Source: Candidatus Woesearchaeota archaeon (GTDB lineage Archaea > Nanobdellota > Nanobdellia > SCGC-AAA011-G17 > UBA489). From it: a DNA stretch of 29,841 bases. The notes under the pieces are model-generated. The model saw only the letters and a list, made by a program, of their open reading frames with translations, was not told where the DNA came from and made no database searches. The first letter of the stretch is position 1. Each line of letters opens with the position of its first letter. The stretch spans positions 1 through 29,841 of the forward strand of contig CAYITV010000001.1 in assembly GCA_964366285.1 (NCBI GenBank), written 5' to 3'. This document shows, one piece after another, positions 18,299 to 27,015 of this stretch. The position numbers and the translations under genes were made by a program.

Positions 18299-18364
18299 AA
18301 TCAATTTCGAGGCGAGATGCAATTGATTGCTGGACGATTTGGTAAGTTAGAGGTTGTTTCTTAG
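18299..18364 (+). pseudogene. Orphan second copy of the ssb 3' end (NQFRGEMQLIAGRFGKLEVVS*)
   Basis: Aligns ungapped with 17535-17594 at an offset of 764 bp; 50/60 nt identical, including a 23-bp perfect core. Confidence 0.9.
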
Positions 18365-19209
18365 AACTTCATTGCTTTTAATCTTTGAATTCTTTCTTGA
18401 AGAGGAGGATGACTTGAGAATAAATTGACCAGCCCCTGACCACTGATGGGTTTGACTATGAAGAGGTGACTTGTTGAGGGAGTGGCAAAGGTTAAAGGGA
18501 TGTGTTTTGAAGCATTATCAAGTTTTTGAAGTGCACTTGCGAGAGGCAATGGATTTTTAATTAGCCGAGCGCCGCGCTCGTCTGCCAAGTATTCTCTGCT
18601 GCGCGAGATTGCTAGTTGAATAATCATAGCTGCAAGAGGAGCAATAATAGCCATGAACAATAATCCTAATGGATTTCCTCCCCGATTATCGTTTCTGCCC
18701 CCACCAAAAATAACTGCAAAGCGAGCCATGAATGCCAGATAAGAGATTACTGATGCGATTGTGGCTGCTATTGTGGATATCAAAATATCCCTGTTCTTTA
18801 CATGGCCTATTTCATGAGCTAACACGCCTTTCAATTCTTCTTTTGTCAATAATTTCAGTATTCCTTCTGTGACTGCGACAACTGCTTTTTTTGGCGAAGG
18901 GCCTGTTGCAAAGGCATTAGCGTGTGGAGAGGGTATAAGGTAGACCTTTGGTTTAGGAAGATTGGCTTGTCTGCAGATGTCTTCGACCATCTTATGGACT
19001 TCCGGCGCCTTATTCTTTGGCAATTCTTTAGCGTGGTACATCATCAAGACTAATTTGTGTGAGAAGAAGTAGGTTCCGAAGTTCATTAAGACGGCAAATA
19101 TGAGAGCAATTGTCAATCCCTGCTGTCCGCCTATAAACGCTCCTATCAATAACAGAAGTCCTGAAAGGATTCCCAGTAGTAAAGCTGTTTTTAACTGGTT
19201 GAGTATCAT
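18361..19209 (-). CDS. htpX: HtpX family M48 zinc metalloprotease
   Basis: NAFATG, HEIGH, SRSREYLADE and FSSHPP motifs plus TM helices. Confidence 0.95.
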   Translation of the reverse strand: MILNQLKTALLLGILSGLLLLIGAFIGGQQGLTIALIFAVLMNFGTYFFSHKLVLMMYHAKELPKNKAPEVHKMVEDICRQANLPKPKVYLIPSPHANAFATGPSPKKAVVAVTEGILKLLTKEELKGVLAHEIGHVKNRDILISTIAATIASVISYLAFMARFAVIFGGGRNDNRGGNPLGLLFMAIIAPLAAMIIQLAISRSREYLADERGARLIKNPLPLASALQKLDNASKHIPLTFATPSTSHLFIVKPISGQGLVNLFSSHPPLQERIQRLKAMKF

Positions 19210-19231
19210 CAACTAGGCTTTAGAACGAAAG

Positions 19232-19239
19232 TTTAAATA
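19232..19239. promoter_or_regulatory. Single TATA element (TTTAAATA) centred between the divergent htpX and sigma genes
   Basis: TTTAAA lies 22 nt from the htpX ATG and 24 nt from the sigma ATG. Confidence 0.5.
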
Positions 19240-19261
19240 GTTTGCGGAGTAGTTATTTTTC

Positions 19262-20074
19262 ATGGATTTTAAAGCAAGAGGCAGGGTAAATGGTCTTTCA
19301 ATTGATCAGGAACAGAATCTTGTTTGTTTAGCACTGAAAGGCGATGCTGAATCGCGGGACTCACTGCTTCTTTCATATCGCAGGATTATCCACAGGGAAG
19401 CGCGACGATATGCCATCTATGCAGAAAGATCTGATTTAGAACAAGAGGGAATGATTGGCGTTTGCGAGGCTTTCGAGAATTATGACCCTTCATTTGGGGT
19501 GCCATTTAGGCACTATGTTTTTTATTGGATACGAAAAGCGATGATGGAGGCAACTGCAATGAACAGGTCAATACGATTGCCTAATGATCAGGTTGAATTA
19601 AGAATAAAGCTACACAGCATAGAAATCACACATTATAATGCCCATGGAAAACAACCCACGACGGAAGATTATGGATCTTTACTCGCTTCGAAAGCCGGGC
19701 CGCGCTTCTCGCCGCAAAGCATTGCAAGATCTATTGCAAATTATTCGCAATACATGCTTTCCCTTGACAGAAAACTTGATGAGGATTCAAAATTGACTAT
19801 TGGCGCATACTTTGCAGTTCCAGATGGTGATCCGTCTAATTATGCCGTGCTCTCTGAAATAAAAGAAAGGGTTTCAAGGGCATTAAAGTTTTTGTCGCGA
19901 TGGGAAAAAACAGTAATCCAAAAATATTTTGGGCTGGATGATGAAAAAGGGCTAACTTTAGAAGCTATTGCAAAGCTGGCTGGAACGCAAAAACAAAATG
20001 CACACAACGCAAAACGAAATGCATTGAAGAAGCTACGCATGTACGGCAGACTAGAAGATTATGTTTTGGAATAG
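19262..20074 (+). CDS. Sigma-70 family factor homolog (regions 1.2-4)
   Basis: EQNL..LALKGD..SRDSL (1.2), DLEQEGMIG..EAFENYDP..G..F..Y..YWIRKAM (2), RSIRLP, LSLD (3), LSRWEKTVIQKYFGL...TLEAIA (4). Confidence 0.9.
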   Translation: MDFKARGRVNGLSIDQEQNLVCLALKGDAESRDSLLLSYRRIIHREARRYAIYAERSDLEQEGMIGVCEAFENYDPSFGVPFRHYVFYWIRKAMMEATAMNRSIRLPNDQVELRIKLHSIEITHYNAHGKQPTTEDYGSLLASKAGPRFSPQSIARSIANYSQYMLSLDRKLDEDSKLTIGAYFAVPDGDPSNYAVLSEIKERVSRALKFLSRWEKTVIQKYFGLDDEKGLTLEAIAKLAGTQKQNAHNAKRNALKKLRMYGRLEDYVLE

Positions 20075-20082
20075 AAAGCATA

Positions 20083-20409
20083 TCACGAAACTATGACCTT
20101 CTTTGCCTTAGGCATCTCTTTTGGAACCTGCTCAGAAATCTTCTGGAGCTCGTAAGCGATCCAGGCCATCACAACTGCAGGATGCATCTGCTGAAGCTTG
20201 AAAAGAATTATATCCCTTATTTTCGCTGTTGTAACCTCATCAAAGCTATTAACATACTGGAGCAGGTCATAGGTGGTTTCTTCTATGATTGTATGCTTGA
20301 GGTATTCAGGGACACGGGCGTCCTTGACTGCTCTTGCGAGAGATCGCTTTAGTTTATTCCTGCTGAATTTTTCTCTCTTTCCGCTTTTCTTGATGACCTT
20401 CTTTTGCAT
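20083..20409 (-). CDS. Stand-alone ATP-cone domain protein
   Basis: KVIKKSGKREKFSRNKLKRSL...VTTAKIRDII. Confidence 0.8.
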   Translation of the reverse strand: MQKKVIKKSGKREKFSRNKLKRSLARAVKDARVPEYLKHTIIEETTYDLLQYVNSFDEVTTAKIRDIILFKLQQMHPAVVMAWIAYELQKISEQVPKEMPKAKKVIVS

Positions 20410-20503
20410 GATAAATCACTGCTGAAACAGGTATATATTTCTTTTCATCGTGTTTTTTTATCGGTGCGTTATTCTTAAATAGATGCTGATCATAAAAAAA
20501 GGC

Positions 20504-21244
20504 ATGACGCGCGTTCTTGTAGGATGCCCGACGTATGAAGGCTATAGATATTGCTTGAAGGAATATGCTGAAAGAGTGAAGGCACTTACCTACCATGATT
20601 ATGATATTGTGCTGGCTGACAATTCAAAAGGGAATGATTATGCCCATGAAATAAAACTGCATGACATTGAGGTTATACGCGAAAGGCATCTACAAAGCAT
20701 ATATGAAAGGATTGTTGAAAGCAGGAATCTGTTAAGGGAAAGAATGCTGAAGGGGAAATATGACTACTTTTTGAGCTTGGAGCAGGATGTGATACCACCT
20801 GTCGATATAATAGAGAAACTGATCAGGCATGGGAAGGATGTTGTTTCTGGTATTTATTATAAGTTATATAACGTGAATGTCAGGGGGAAGGATGGAATTG
20901 TTAGGCAGAAAAAAACATTGTTACCATTGATTTTCATGCCTTCTAATGACAAAGACAAGATGCATGTATGCTATCCCAAAGACGTTGAAGGAGAGCAGTT
21001 TTTCAAGATAAGGGCATGCGGATTGGGATGCGTACTTATTGGCAAGGAAGTTCTTGAGAAAGTTAAGTTTAGGTATGATCCTACAAAAAGCACTTTTGAT
21101 GACTTCTTGTTCTGCACTGATGTTATTGAGAAAGGATTTGAGATTTATGCTGACACGAGCGTGAAATGCAAACATTTGTTTTTGCAGAAGGGGGATGTAT
21201 TTAAAGATATGAAGAAAGAAGAAGCCGAAAATAGCGATAGTTAA
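20504..21244 (+). CDS. Glycosyltransferase family 2
   Basis: VLVGCPTY, LADNS, SRNLLR, LEQD (DxD-like), CGLGCVLI and DDFLFC motifs. Confidence 0.85.
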   Translation: MTRVLVGCPTYEGYRYCLKEYAERVKALTYHDYDIVLADNSKGNDYAHEIKLHDIEVIRERHLQSIYERIVESRNLLRERMLKGKYDYFLSLEQDVIPPVDIIEKLIRHGKDVVSGIYYKLYNVNVRGKDGIVRQKKTLLPLIFMPSNDKDKMHVCYPKDVEGEQFFKIRACGLGCVLIGKEVLEKVKFRYDPTKSTFDDFLFCTDVIEKGFEIYADTSVKCKHLFLQKGDVFKDMKKEEAENSDS

Positions 21245-21296
21245 TCCCAATATTTATAAAGTTCCTTTCATTCATGATGGAGGAAAAAGAGGTCAC

Positions 21297-22622
21297 ATGG
21301 CATACAATATCATTATCGGGCGCAATCAAACTGACAGAGAACTCTTTGGAGACAAGGGAACGGTTTATTTAGGAAAATTGTTTGTAAAGATGGGGCAACA
21401 AACTTCCTTGAGCAATCCAGTGTACATGGATGTTGCAAGGACGCATGTCATGCTTATTTGCGGCAAACGTGGAAGTGGCAAGAGCTACAGCGCATCAGTC
21501 ATTGCTGAAGAAATTTCAAGATTACCTCCAGAAGTCAAACAAAAAATGACTGTATTGTTCTTTGATACTATGGGAATCTTTTGGACGATGAAGTTTCCGA
21601 ATACACGACAAGAAGAGTTGGTAAGGAAGTGGGATCTGGAGCCTGAAGGCATGAATGTTAATATCTTTACTCCGAAGGGATTCTTTGATGTGTACAAGCA
21701 AAAAGGCATACCTACTGATCACCGTTTTGCATTGAAGACAAGCGAGCTTGATGCGGCTGACTGGTGCAATGTTTTTGAAGTGAGCCTCAATGATTCCATA
21801 GGGATTCTTATTGAAAGGATCATTAGCAACATGCGTGAGAGTGGGATGAATTACTCACTTCAGGATATTATTACTGCGATTAAACTTGATACCAAATCTG
21901 AAAAGACTGTCAGAGATGCTGCAGAAAACAGATTTTCAGCTGCTGAGTCATGGGGGTTATTTGAAAAAGAAGGGACTGTGATTGAAGACCTTATGAAACC
22001 TGGCAGCGTTAATGTATTGGACATCAGTGCGTACACAAATGTTGCAGGAAACTGGAGCATAAAGGGATTAGTGATTGGATTGATCAGCAAAAAAATGCTG
22101 CAAGAGAGAATCACAGCACGCAAGCAGGAAGAAATGGAAGAGATTGAAAAGCAGAAGAGCTACTTCCATGAAGAAAAAGAGATGGAAAAGCCAATGGTGT
22201 GGATCATGATTGATGAGCTTCATGAATTTTTGGGACGAGATGTTAAGACTCCAGCTACTGATGCTCTTGTGCAGTTATTAAGAGAGGGAAGGCAGCCAGG
22301 CATTAGTTTGGTGCTTGTAACACAACAGCCTGGTGAAATACACAAAGATGTTTTAACTCAGAGCGATATTGTCTTGAGTCATAGGCTAACTGCAAAAGCG
22401 GACATAGAGGCATTGAACAGCATGATGCAAAGTTATTTAGTGACTGATTTACAAACCTATCTTAATAACCTGCCTAAGCTCCAAGGGGCTGCAATAATTT
22501 TGGATGACAACAGCGAGAGAATTTATCCTGTAAGCATTCATCCCAAGAGAAGCTGGCACGGCGGAGAGGCTCCTTCTGCCATTTCCTTGAAGAAAGAGAT
22601 TGAGTTTGAGGTGAAGAAATGA
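21297..22622 (+). CDS. HerA-like (DUF87) P-loop ATPase
   Basis: Walker A GKRGSGKS, FDTMG, Walker B IMIDELHE, REGRQPG..LVTQQP. Confidence 0.88.
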   Translation: MAYNIIIGRNQTDRELFGDKGTVYLGKLFVKMGQQTSLSNPVYMDVARTHVMLICGKRGSGKSYSASVIAEEISRLPPEVKQKMTVLFFDTMGIFWTMKFPNTRQEELVRKWDLEPEGMNVNIFTPKGFFDVYKQKGIPTDHRFALKTSELDAADWCNVFEVSLNDSIGILIERIISNMRESGMNYSLQDIITAIKLDTKSEKTVRDAAENRFSAAESWGLFEKEGTVIEDLMKPGSVNVLDISAYTNVAGNWSIKGLVIGLISKKMLQERITARKQEEMEEIEKQKSYFHEEKEMEKPMVWIMIDELHEFLGRDVKTPATDALVQLLREGRQPGISLVLVTQQPGEIHKDVLTQSDIVLSHRLTAKADIEALNSMMQSYLVTDLQTYLNNLPKLQGAAIILDDNSERIYPVSIHPKRSWHGGEAPSAISLKKEIEFEVKK

Positions 22623-23188
22623 TTATTGATCTAATCAAGGCGTTTTTTGCAATATTTGTCGTGATGGACAGCTTGGGAAATCTGCCTGTGTTTTTATTCT
22701 GCATGAAGGGATTGAAGCAAGATAAACGCAAGGAGATGATTAAACAAACGATGTATGTTGCAGGAACAGTGTTGTTATTGTTCTTGTTCTTTGGCAAGAA
22801 TATATTATCATTCTTTAATGTTGATTTCAAGAGCTTCCAGATTGCCGGCGGGATTATCGTGATGATCTTTGGGATTAAATTGGTTATTGGACTGAAGATT
22901 CTTGAAGAGAGGGCTAAAAGCTATAGAATGGCTGTTATTCCTTTGGCTACGCCATTAATTACCGGACCGGCTACAATTACCACAATAATGATATTTGTGC
23001 ACCAGTATGGATTATGGCTAACATTATTGGCAAGCTTGCTTAACTTAGGTGTTGTTTATCTGTTTTTATCCAAGGCTGAGAGATTGAATCAGTTTCTTGG
23101 GAAGCAGGGAAGCGATGCTTTGTCAAAGATAATGGGATTGATATTGACTGCGATTGCCATTGGATTTATCAAGCAAGGATGGGGCTAA
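22619..23188 (+). CDS. marC: MarC family membrane protein
   Basis: FVVMDSLGN.PVF, SFQIAGGI, VIPLATPLITGPATITT, KIMGLIL.AIAI. Confidence 0.92.
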   Translation: MIIDLIKAFFAIFVVMDSLGNLPVFLFCMKGLKQDKRKEMIKQTMYVAGTVLLLFLFFGKNILSFFNVDFKSFQIAGGIIVMIFGIKLVIGLKILEERAKSYRMAVIPLATPLITGPATITTIMIFVHQYGLWLTLLASLLNLGVVYLFLSKAERLNQFLGKQGSDALSKIMGLILTAIAIGFIKQGWG

Positions 23189-23989
23189 TTATCTTTTAAG
23201 ATCGAGACATATTCTATGAGTATAAGGGGCGTATAAGCCACAGCTAACAAGATTTACTTTTGAGAATATTCTTTTATATTCCTTTATTATTTCTTTGAAG
23301 TTTTCTTCTCTTGCAAAGAGATAAAGGTGAATAACTCCTTTTGGTTTGAGTTTCTTAAGAACGAGAGGAAGATACTTTGGAGAGTCTTTGGGCAATGGCA
23401 TGATAATCCTATCAAACTTCTTGTTCAGTTTTGGAAGGATTTTTTTGACATCTCCCTGCAAGAGGTGAATATTTGTTAATTTGTTAAGTTTGATATTTTC
23501 CTCTGCATATTTATGGGCTGTTTTGTTAAGTTCGATGCCATACACTTCTTTTGGTTTGGAATTCTTGGCAATAACACATTGATAAGGAGCAATTCCAGAG
23601 AATAACACCAAAACTTCTTCTCCTTTCTTAACCTGCTTTGCTATGCGCAACCGTTCATTTGCAAGACGAGAAGAAAAATAGCATTTTTCTATATTCAATC
23701 TTAAGATGCAATTATTTTCTTTGTGGATTGTTTCTTTTGTTTTAATTCCTGAGATAATTGTTATTTTTGGCGTTCTTAATCTTCCAGAATATTTTCCAGA
23801 TTTCTTTGCTACAGTTTTTATAGGGGGATTCAGTGACATCAATGCATCTGCAATTATCTTTTCCTTATTTTTTAGTTCCTTGGAAAAATCATTGAATATT
23901 GCAATTGAGCCAACAACATCAAAAGAAGACGGGACTAATGACAACTCTTTGCGTGTTAATTTTTCTTTCAAGGCCTGTTTTAGTTTCAT
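23189..23989 (-). CDS. Trm5/Taw2 (Met-10+-like) tRNA-modifying SAM-dependent enzyme, short form
   Basis: SFDVVGSIAI, TIHKENNC, CYFSSRLANER, LFSGIAPY, GIELN and RIIMPLP. Trm5 versus Taw2 specificity cannot be resolved by eye. Confidence 0.85.
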   Translation of the reverse strand: MKLKQALKEKLTRKELSLVPSSFDVVGSIAIFNDFSKELKNKEKIIADALMSLNPPIKTVAKKSGKYSGRLRTPKITIISGIKTKETIHKENNCILRLNIEKCYFSSRLANERLRIAKQVKKGEEVLVLFSGIAPYQCVIAKNSKPKEVYGIELNKTAHKYAEENIKLNKLTNIHLLQGDVKKILPKLNKKFDRIIMPLPKDSPKYLPLVLKKLKPKGVIHLYLFAREENFKEIIKEYKRIFSKVNLVSCGLYAPYTHRICLDLKR

Positions 23990-23990
23990 T

Positions 23991-24887
23991 TTATGTCACT
24001 ATGAACAATACACCAATGATCATGATGATGCATGCAAATACCTTGCCTGCAAGATTCTTGTCCTGGAATATTTCACCCCCAATTATTGTTGAGAAAAGAG
24101 AGGATAATCTCCTGACACCAAGAATCAATGCAACCTCGGCAACTGGAATTGCAAGCGTGATTGTCAATAATATCCTTGACGTGAAGAGGAACAATGCTGC
24201 AAGGAATATCAGCCAGCCTGCGCTTTTCAAGCCGTGTTTTATACCATCTAGACCGTCGTGATATTTGTGAATCATAAAGAGGAATGCCAAGGCAACAAAA
24301 AAATGCGTTATAACCAAAAGGGTATATGGACTTATTGCCTGAGGATTATCTGTGTTTAGCATATATCTTGCGATTATTGCGGATACTGCATATAATACCA
24401 GACCAAAGAGAAGATAGTGGATGTACTTGGACTGCATGATTATCTTGATTGGGCTTAAAAATTCTGCCTTTTTATTCCTGAAATGCTTTAATTCAAGCAC
24501 ATATGCGCCAATAGTGACGCCCACGATTCCGCCGACATGCTTCATTGTAAGCATCTCTCCAAGGAAGATGTATGCCAAAACAGCAGTTATCGCTGGGCCG
24601 AAAACAAACAATGGAGATGACTCTGATAATTCCATGTGGCGGACTGCTTTTGTTATGTACAGAAATGCTATTGCATCTATAACTGAGATTATTATCAACA
24701 AAAACCAATATAATATTGGCATGCTTAATGAAACTTTGTTGATAAATGTTAAAGAGAGAAGAAACATTATCAGGGATATCACTGTTGCATACTCCATTGC
24801 ATGCTCTTTGAACAATGTTTTCTTTTCTGTCACTGTTGACAATGCATTGAGCACTGCGGATCCTAAAGCAAGAATATACCACTGCAT
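23991..24887 (-). CDS. EamA/DMT family transporter
   Basis: Two repeats of about five TM helices each; KAVRHMELSESSPL and RRLSSLFSTIIGG motifs. Confidence 0.85.
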   Translation of the reverse strand: MQWYILALGSAVLNALSTVTEKKTLFKEHAMEYATVISLIMFLLSLTFINKVSLSMPILYWFLLIIISVIDAIAFLYITKAVRHMELSESSPLFVFGPAITAVLAYIFLGEMLTMKHVGGIVGVTIGAYVLELKHFRNKKAEFLSPIKIIMQSKYIHYLLFGLVLYAVSAIIARYMLNTDNPQAISPYTLLVITHFFVALAFLFMIHKYHDGLDGIKHGLKSAGWLIFLAALFLFTSRILLTITLAIPVAEVALILGVRRLSSLFSTIIGGEIFQDKNLAGKVFACIIMIIGVLFIVT

Positions 24888-24890
24888 CTT

Positions 24891-25904
24891 TTAGCTCCAC
24901 TTATCCAAACCTGTCTGCTCTTTATCTTTTCTCTTTTTAAATAATTTATCAAGAGTTGAAGTGACTCTCGCTTCTGAAAAATCGTGCTTTTCTATAAGAA
25001 TTTTTCTGATTTTTTGTTCATCTGGGTCAGACCAGTTTAGAGAGTATTTATTAGATACTGGCATGCCCTTAAAAATATTGTAGATCTCTTTCCAATCAAA
25101 ATCTGCTTTTGCGGCTGTGAATATTTTTTCTGGTGTTTTTTGATACTTGACAAGCTTTAGCGCTTTCATTGGGCCAATGCCATAGACTCCAGTGTTGTAA
25201 TCAGTGCCCACAAGGATTGCCAGATATATGAGCTGGTCTTGGTTCAAATCAAGCTTTGACAGCACTTTATCAAGCTCAATTATTTCCGGGGAGGTTTTGA
25301 TTATGGCTCCAGACGGCAATTTTCTCTTTTGTGAAAGGGTTAGGTTTGTAACCAATCTGGGAGACCCATGAAGCAGGCAGTCGTAATCTGAAGATGCAGC
25401 AGCCCAGACATCGCCCTGCTTATTAATATATGCCATCTGCGCATCTGATTCTGACGGGGCTTGAATGACTGGCAATCCCATAGCTTCCATAAGTTGGACT
25501 GCCTCATCTGTCATATCTTTTGTTAGGAAAGAAAACTGCTTTGCATACATGCCCATAGATTCTATGTCTCCTTCTTCTTTTGCCAGATGATATTTTTCCT
25601 TTGCATCCTGCTTTCTTGCATGACGCTCTTCTGTAACGCGAAGCTTTTGTTTTGGCGGCTGGCCATCAAGAACTATCGCAAGCTTTATTCCACGCTGCAT
25701 AAGATTAGAGAATCGAGACCAGATGCCGACTAGATGAGATGTTATGCTGCCATGAGAGTCCATTAATAACGTTCCGTCTGCCTGCCTTATAGATGACAGG
25801 AATTGGAAGGCGAAGTTCGAGAAGTCTACTGCTATCTTCTTCCCTATCAAATGATCAAAGGTAATAGCCTCTTTTTCCACTAATTTTGTGAGTTTTACTC
25901 CCAT
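24891..25904 (-). CDS. fen: Flap endonuclease 1
   Basis: MGV, AVDFSNFAFQFLSSIRQADG, DG, APSESDAQ, SSDYDCLL and GTDYN motifs; C-terminal PIP box QTGLDKW. Confidence 0.96.
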   Translation of the reverse strand: MGVKLTKLVEKEAITFDHLIGKKIAVDFSNFAFQFLSSIRQADGTLLMDSHGSITSHLVGIWSRFSNLMQRGIKLAIVLDGQPPKQKLRVTEERHARKQDAKEKYHLAKEEGDIESMGMYAKQFSFLTKDMTDEAVQLMEAMGLPVIQAPSESDAQMAYINKQGDVWAAASSDYDCLLHGSPRLVTNLTLSQKRKLPSGAIIKTSPEIIELDKVLSKLDLNQDQLIYLAILVGTDYNTGVYGIGPMKALKLVKYQKTPEKIFTAAKADFDWKEIYNIFKGMPVSNKYSLNWSDPDEQKIRKILIEKHDFSEARVTSTLDKLFKKRKDKEQTGLDKWS

Positions 25905-25963
25905 ATGGATTCTCCTTCTTTTAGTTCATGTTTCCTGAACTATTTGTTCGTAATTCATAAACA

Positions 25964-26584
25964 TTACTCTTCCCCCAATTCTATTATTTCCTTCATTGCA
26001 TAATTTACTTTTTGTTCTGCGAGAAGATCTATTATTTTCATTTGCTCCTCTTTGGGAACGATAAAAACATTCGGTCCTATCTTTTTGCCTCCTTTCTGAT
26101 AGACTATTCCTTTTCCCTTATAATATTCTTCATCCCTTCCAAAAAGCATTCTCCTCGTTTTGATGTATTTTTTCTTTTCTTTTGGGTAAGTAATTACAAA
26201 AAGAACACTTCTTTCACCTGCAAGTGTATGTGGTTTCCTTGTATAGAGAGTGATACCCTCGCTGATGATGCTTGTTTTCAGATCCCATTCTTGAAGGCTG
26301 CCAGTTTGGACGGAAAATGGATATGTATGCTTCATGAGTTTCCATTTTTCATAATCTTGCGAGGAGGTAAATGTGACGATGGCTGACGCCATTCCCCTTT
26401 GAACAGTTTCTTCATCTTCTTTTGCGCATTCTACAAAGAGATCAATATCGCTTTTTTTCGTTAATTCACCGCGGACTGCTGATCCAAAGAGATGAACAGC
26501 ACGAATTTTTTTGTTTATTTCGCCTTTTTGAAATGCGAAGCTAAAGAGATTATAGCAGTAAGCAAGCGCATTAGTTGTTTGCAT
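25964..26584 (-). CDS. Minimal nucleotidyltransferase (MntA-like) with an additional C-terminal domain
   Basis: GS-X10-DID (GSAVRGELTKKSDID). Start chosen at ATG 26584; GTG 26599 is possible. Confidence 0.85.
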   Translation of the reverse strand: MQTTNALAYCYNLFSFAFQKGEINKKIRAVHLFGSAVRGELTKKSDIDLFVECAKEDEETVQRGMASAIVTFTSSQDYEKWKLMKHTYPFSVQTGSLQEWDLKTSIISEGITLYTRKPHTLAGERSVLFVITYPKEKKKYIKTRRMLFGRDEEYYKGKGIVYQKGGKKIGPNVFIVPKEEQMKIIDLLAEQKVNYAMKEIIELGEE

Positions 26585-27014
26585 CTTCAAGGTTTTCACC
26601 TGCCTCGAGAAGTAGTTTCAATAATATTTCTTTGTATTTTGTAAAGGTTTCTACCAATTCTTTGATGTCTGATTTCTCGCTCTTGCCATAAATGAGTTTA
26701 TTTCTCTTTTCTTCAATTGTGTAGAGCAAGTCGAGAATATCTGTTTTGTTGGCAAATTCCATCTTTAGTTTTCTTTCTGCAAGTGGTATAATTTTTTGGC
26801 CAGGAAACGGCCGTTTAAACCATTCATGCTTGATTTGCGCACCAATAGGAATTTTTCCTGTCTTGTGAAGATAGAGCTCAAGCAATTCGATAGAACATGC
26901 TGATGCATGAAACCCGATGGTTGCCGGCCTTAACTCTATGCCAATGGCTATGGCATCCTTTAGTTCTTGGAGATGCTCCTGGATCTTTGCCTTGTGAACA
27001 TGAGCGGCTGGCAT
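26571..27014 (-). CDS. HEPN-like protein, partner of the MNT
   Basis: Helical protein with an R-X4-Y motif (RNKLIY); overlaps the MNT start. TATA about 21 nt before ATG 27014. Confidence 0.7.
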   Translation of the reverse strand: MPAAHVHKAKIQEHLQELKDAIAIGIELRPATIGFHASACSIELLELYLHKTGKIPIGAQIKHEWFKRPFPGQKIIPLAERKLKMEFANKTDILDLLYTIEEKRNKLIYGKSEKSDIKELVETFTKYKEILLKLLLEAGENLEDANN

Positions 27015-27015
27015 A

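Noticed and set aside
18029-18364. 111-aa plus-strand ORF ending in SSB-like residues
   Set aside because: Mostly antisense to the antitoxin gene; only the last 21 codons are the duplicated ssb fragment.
25238-25252. T-loop-like GGTTCAAATC as a tRNA
   Set aside because: Inside the fen1 coding region with no cloverleaf stems.
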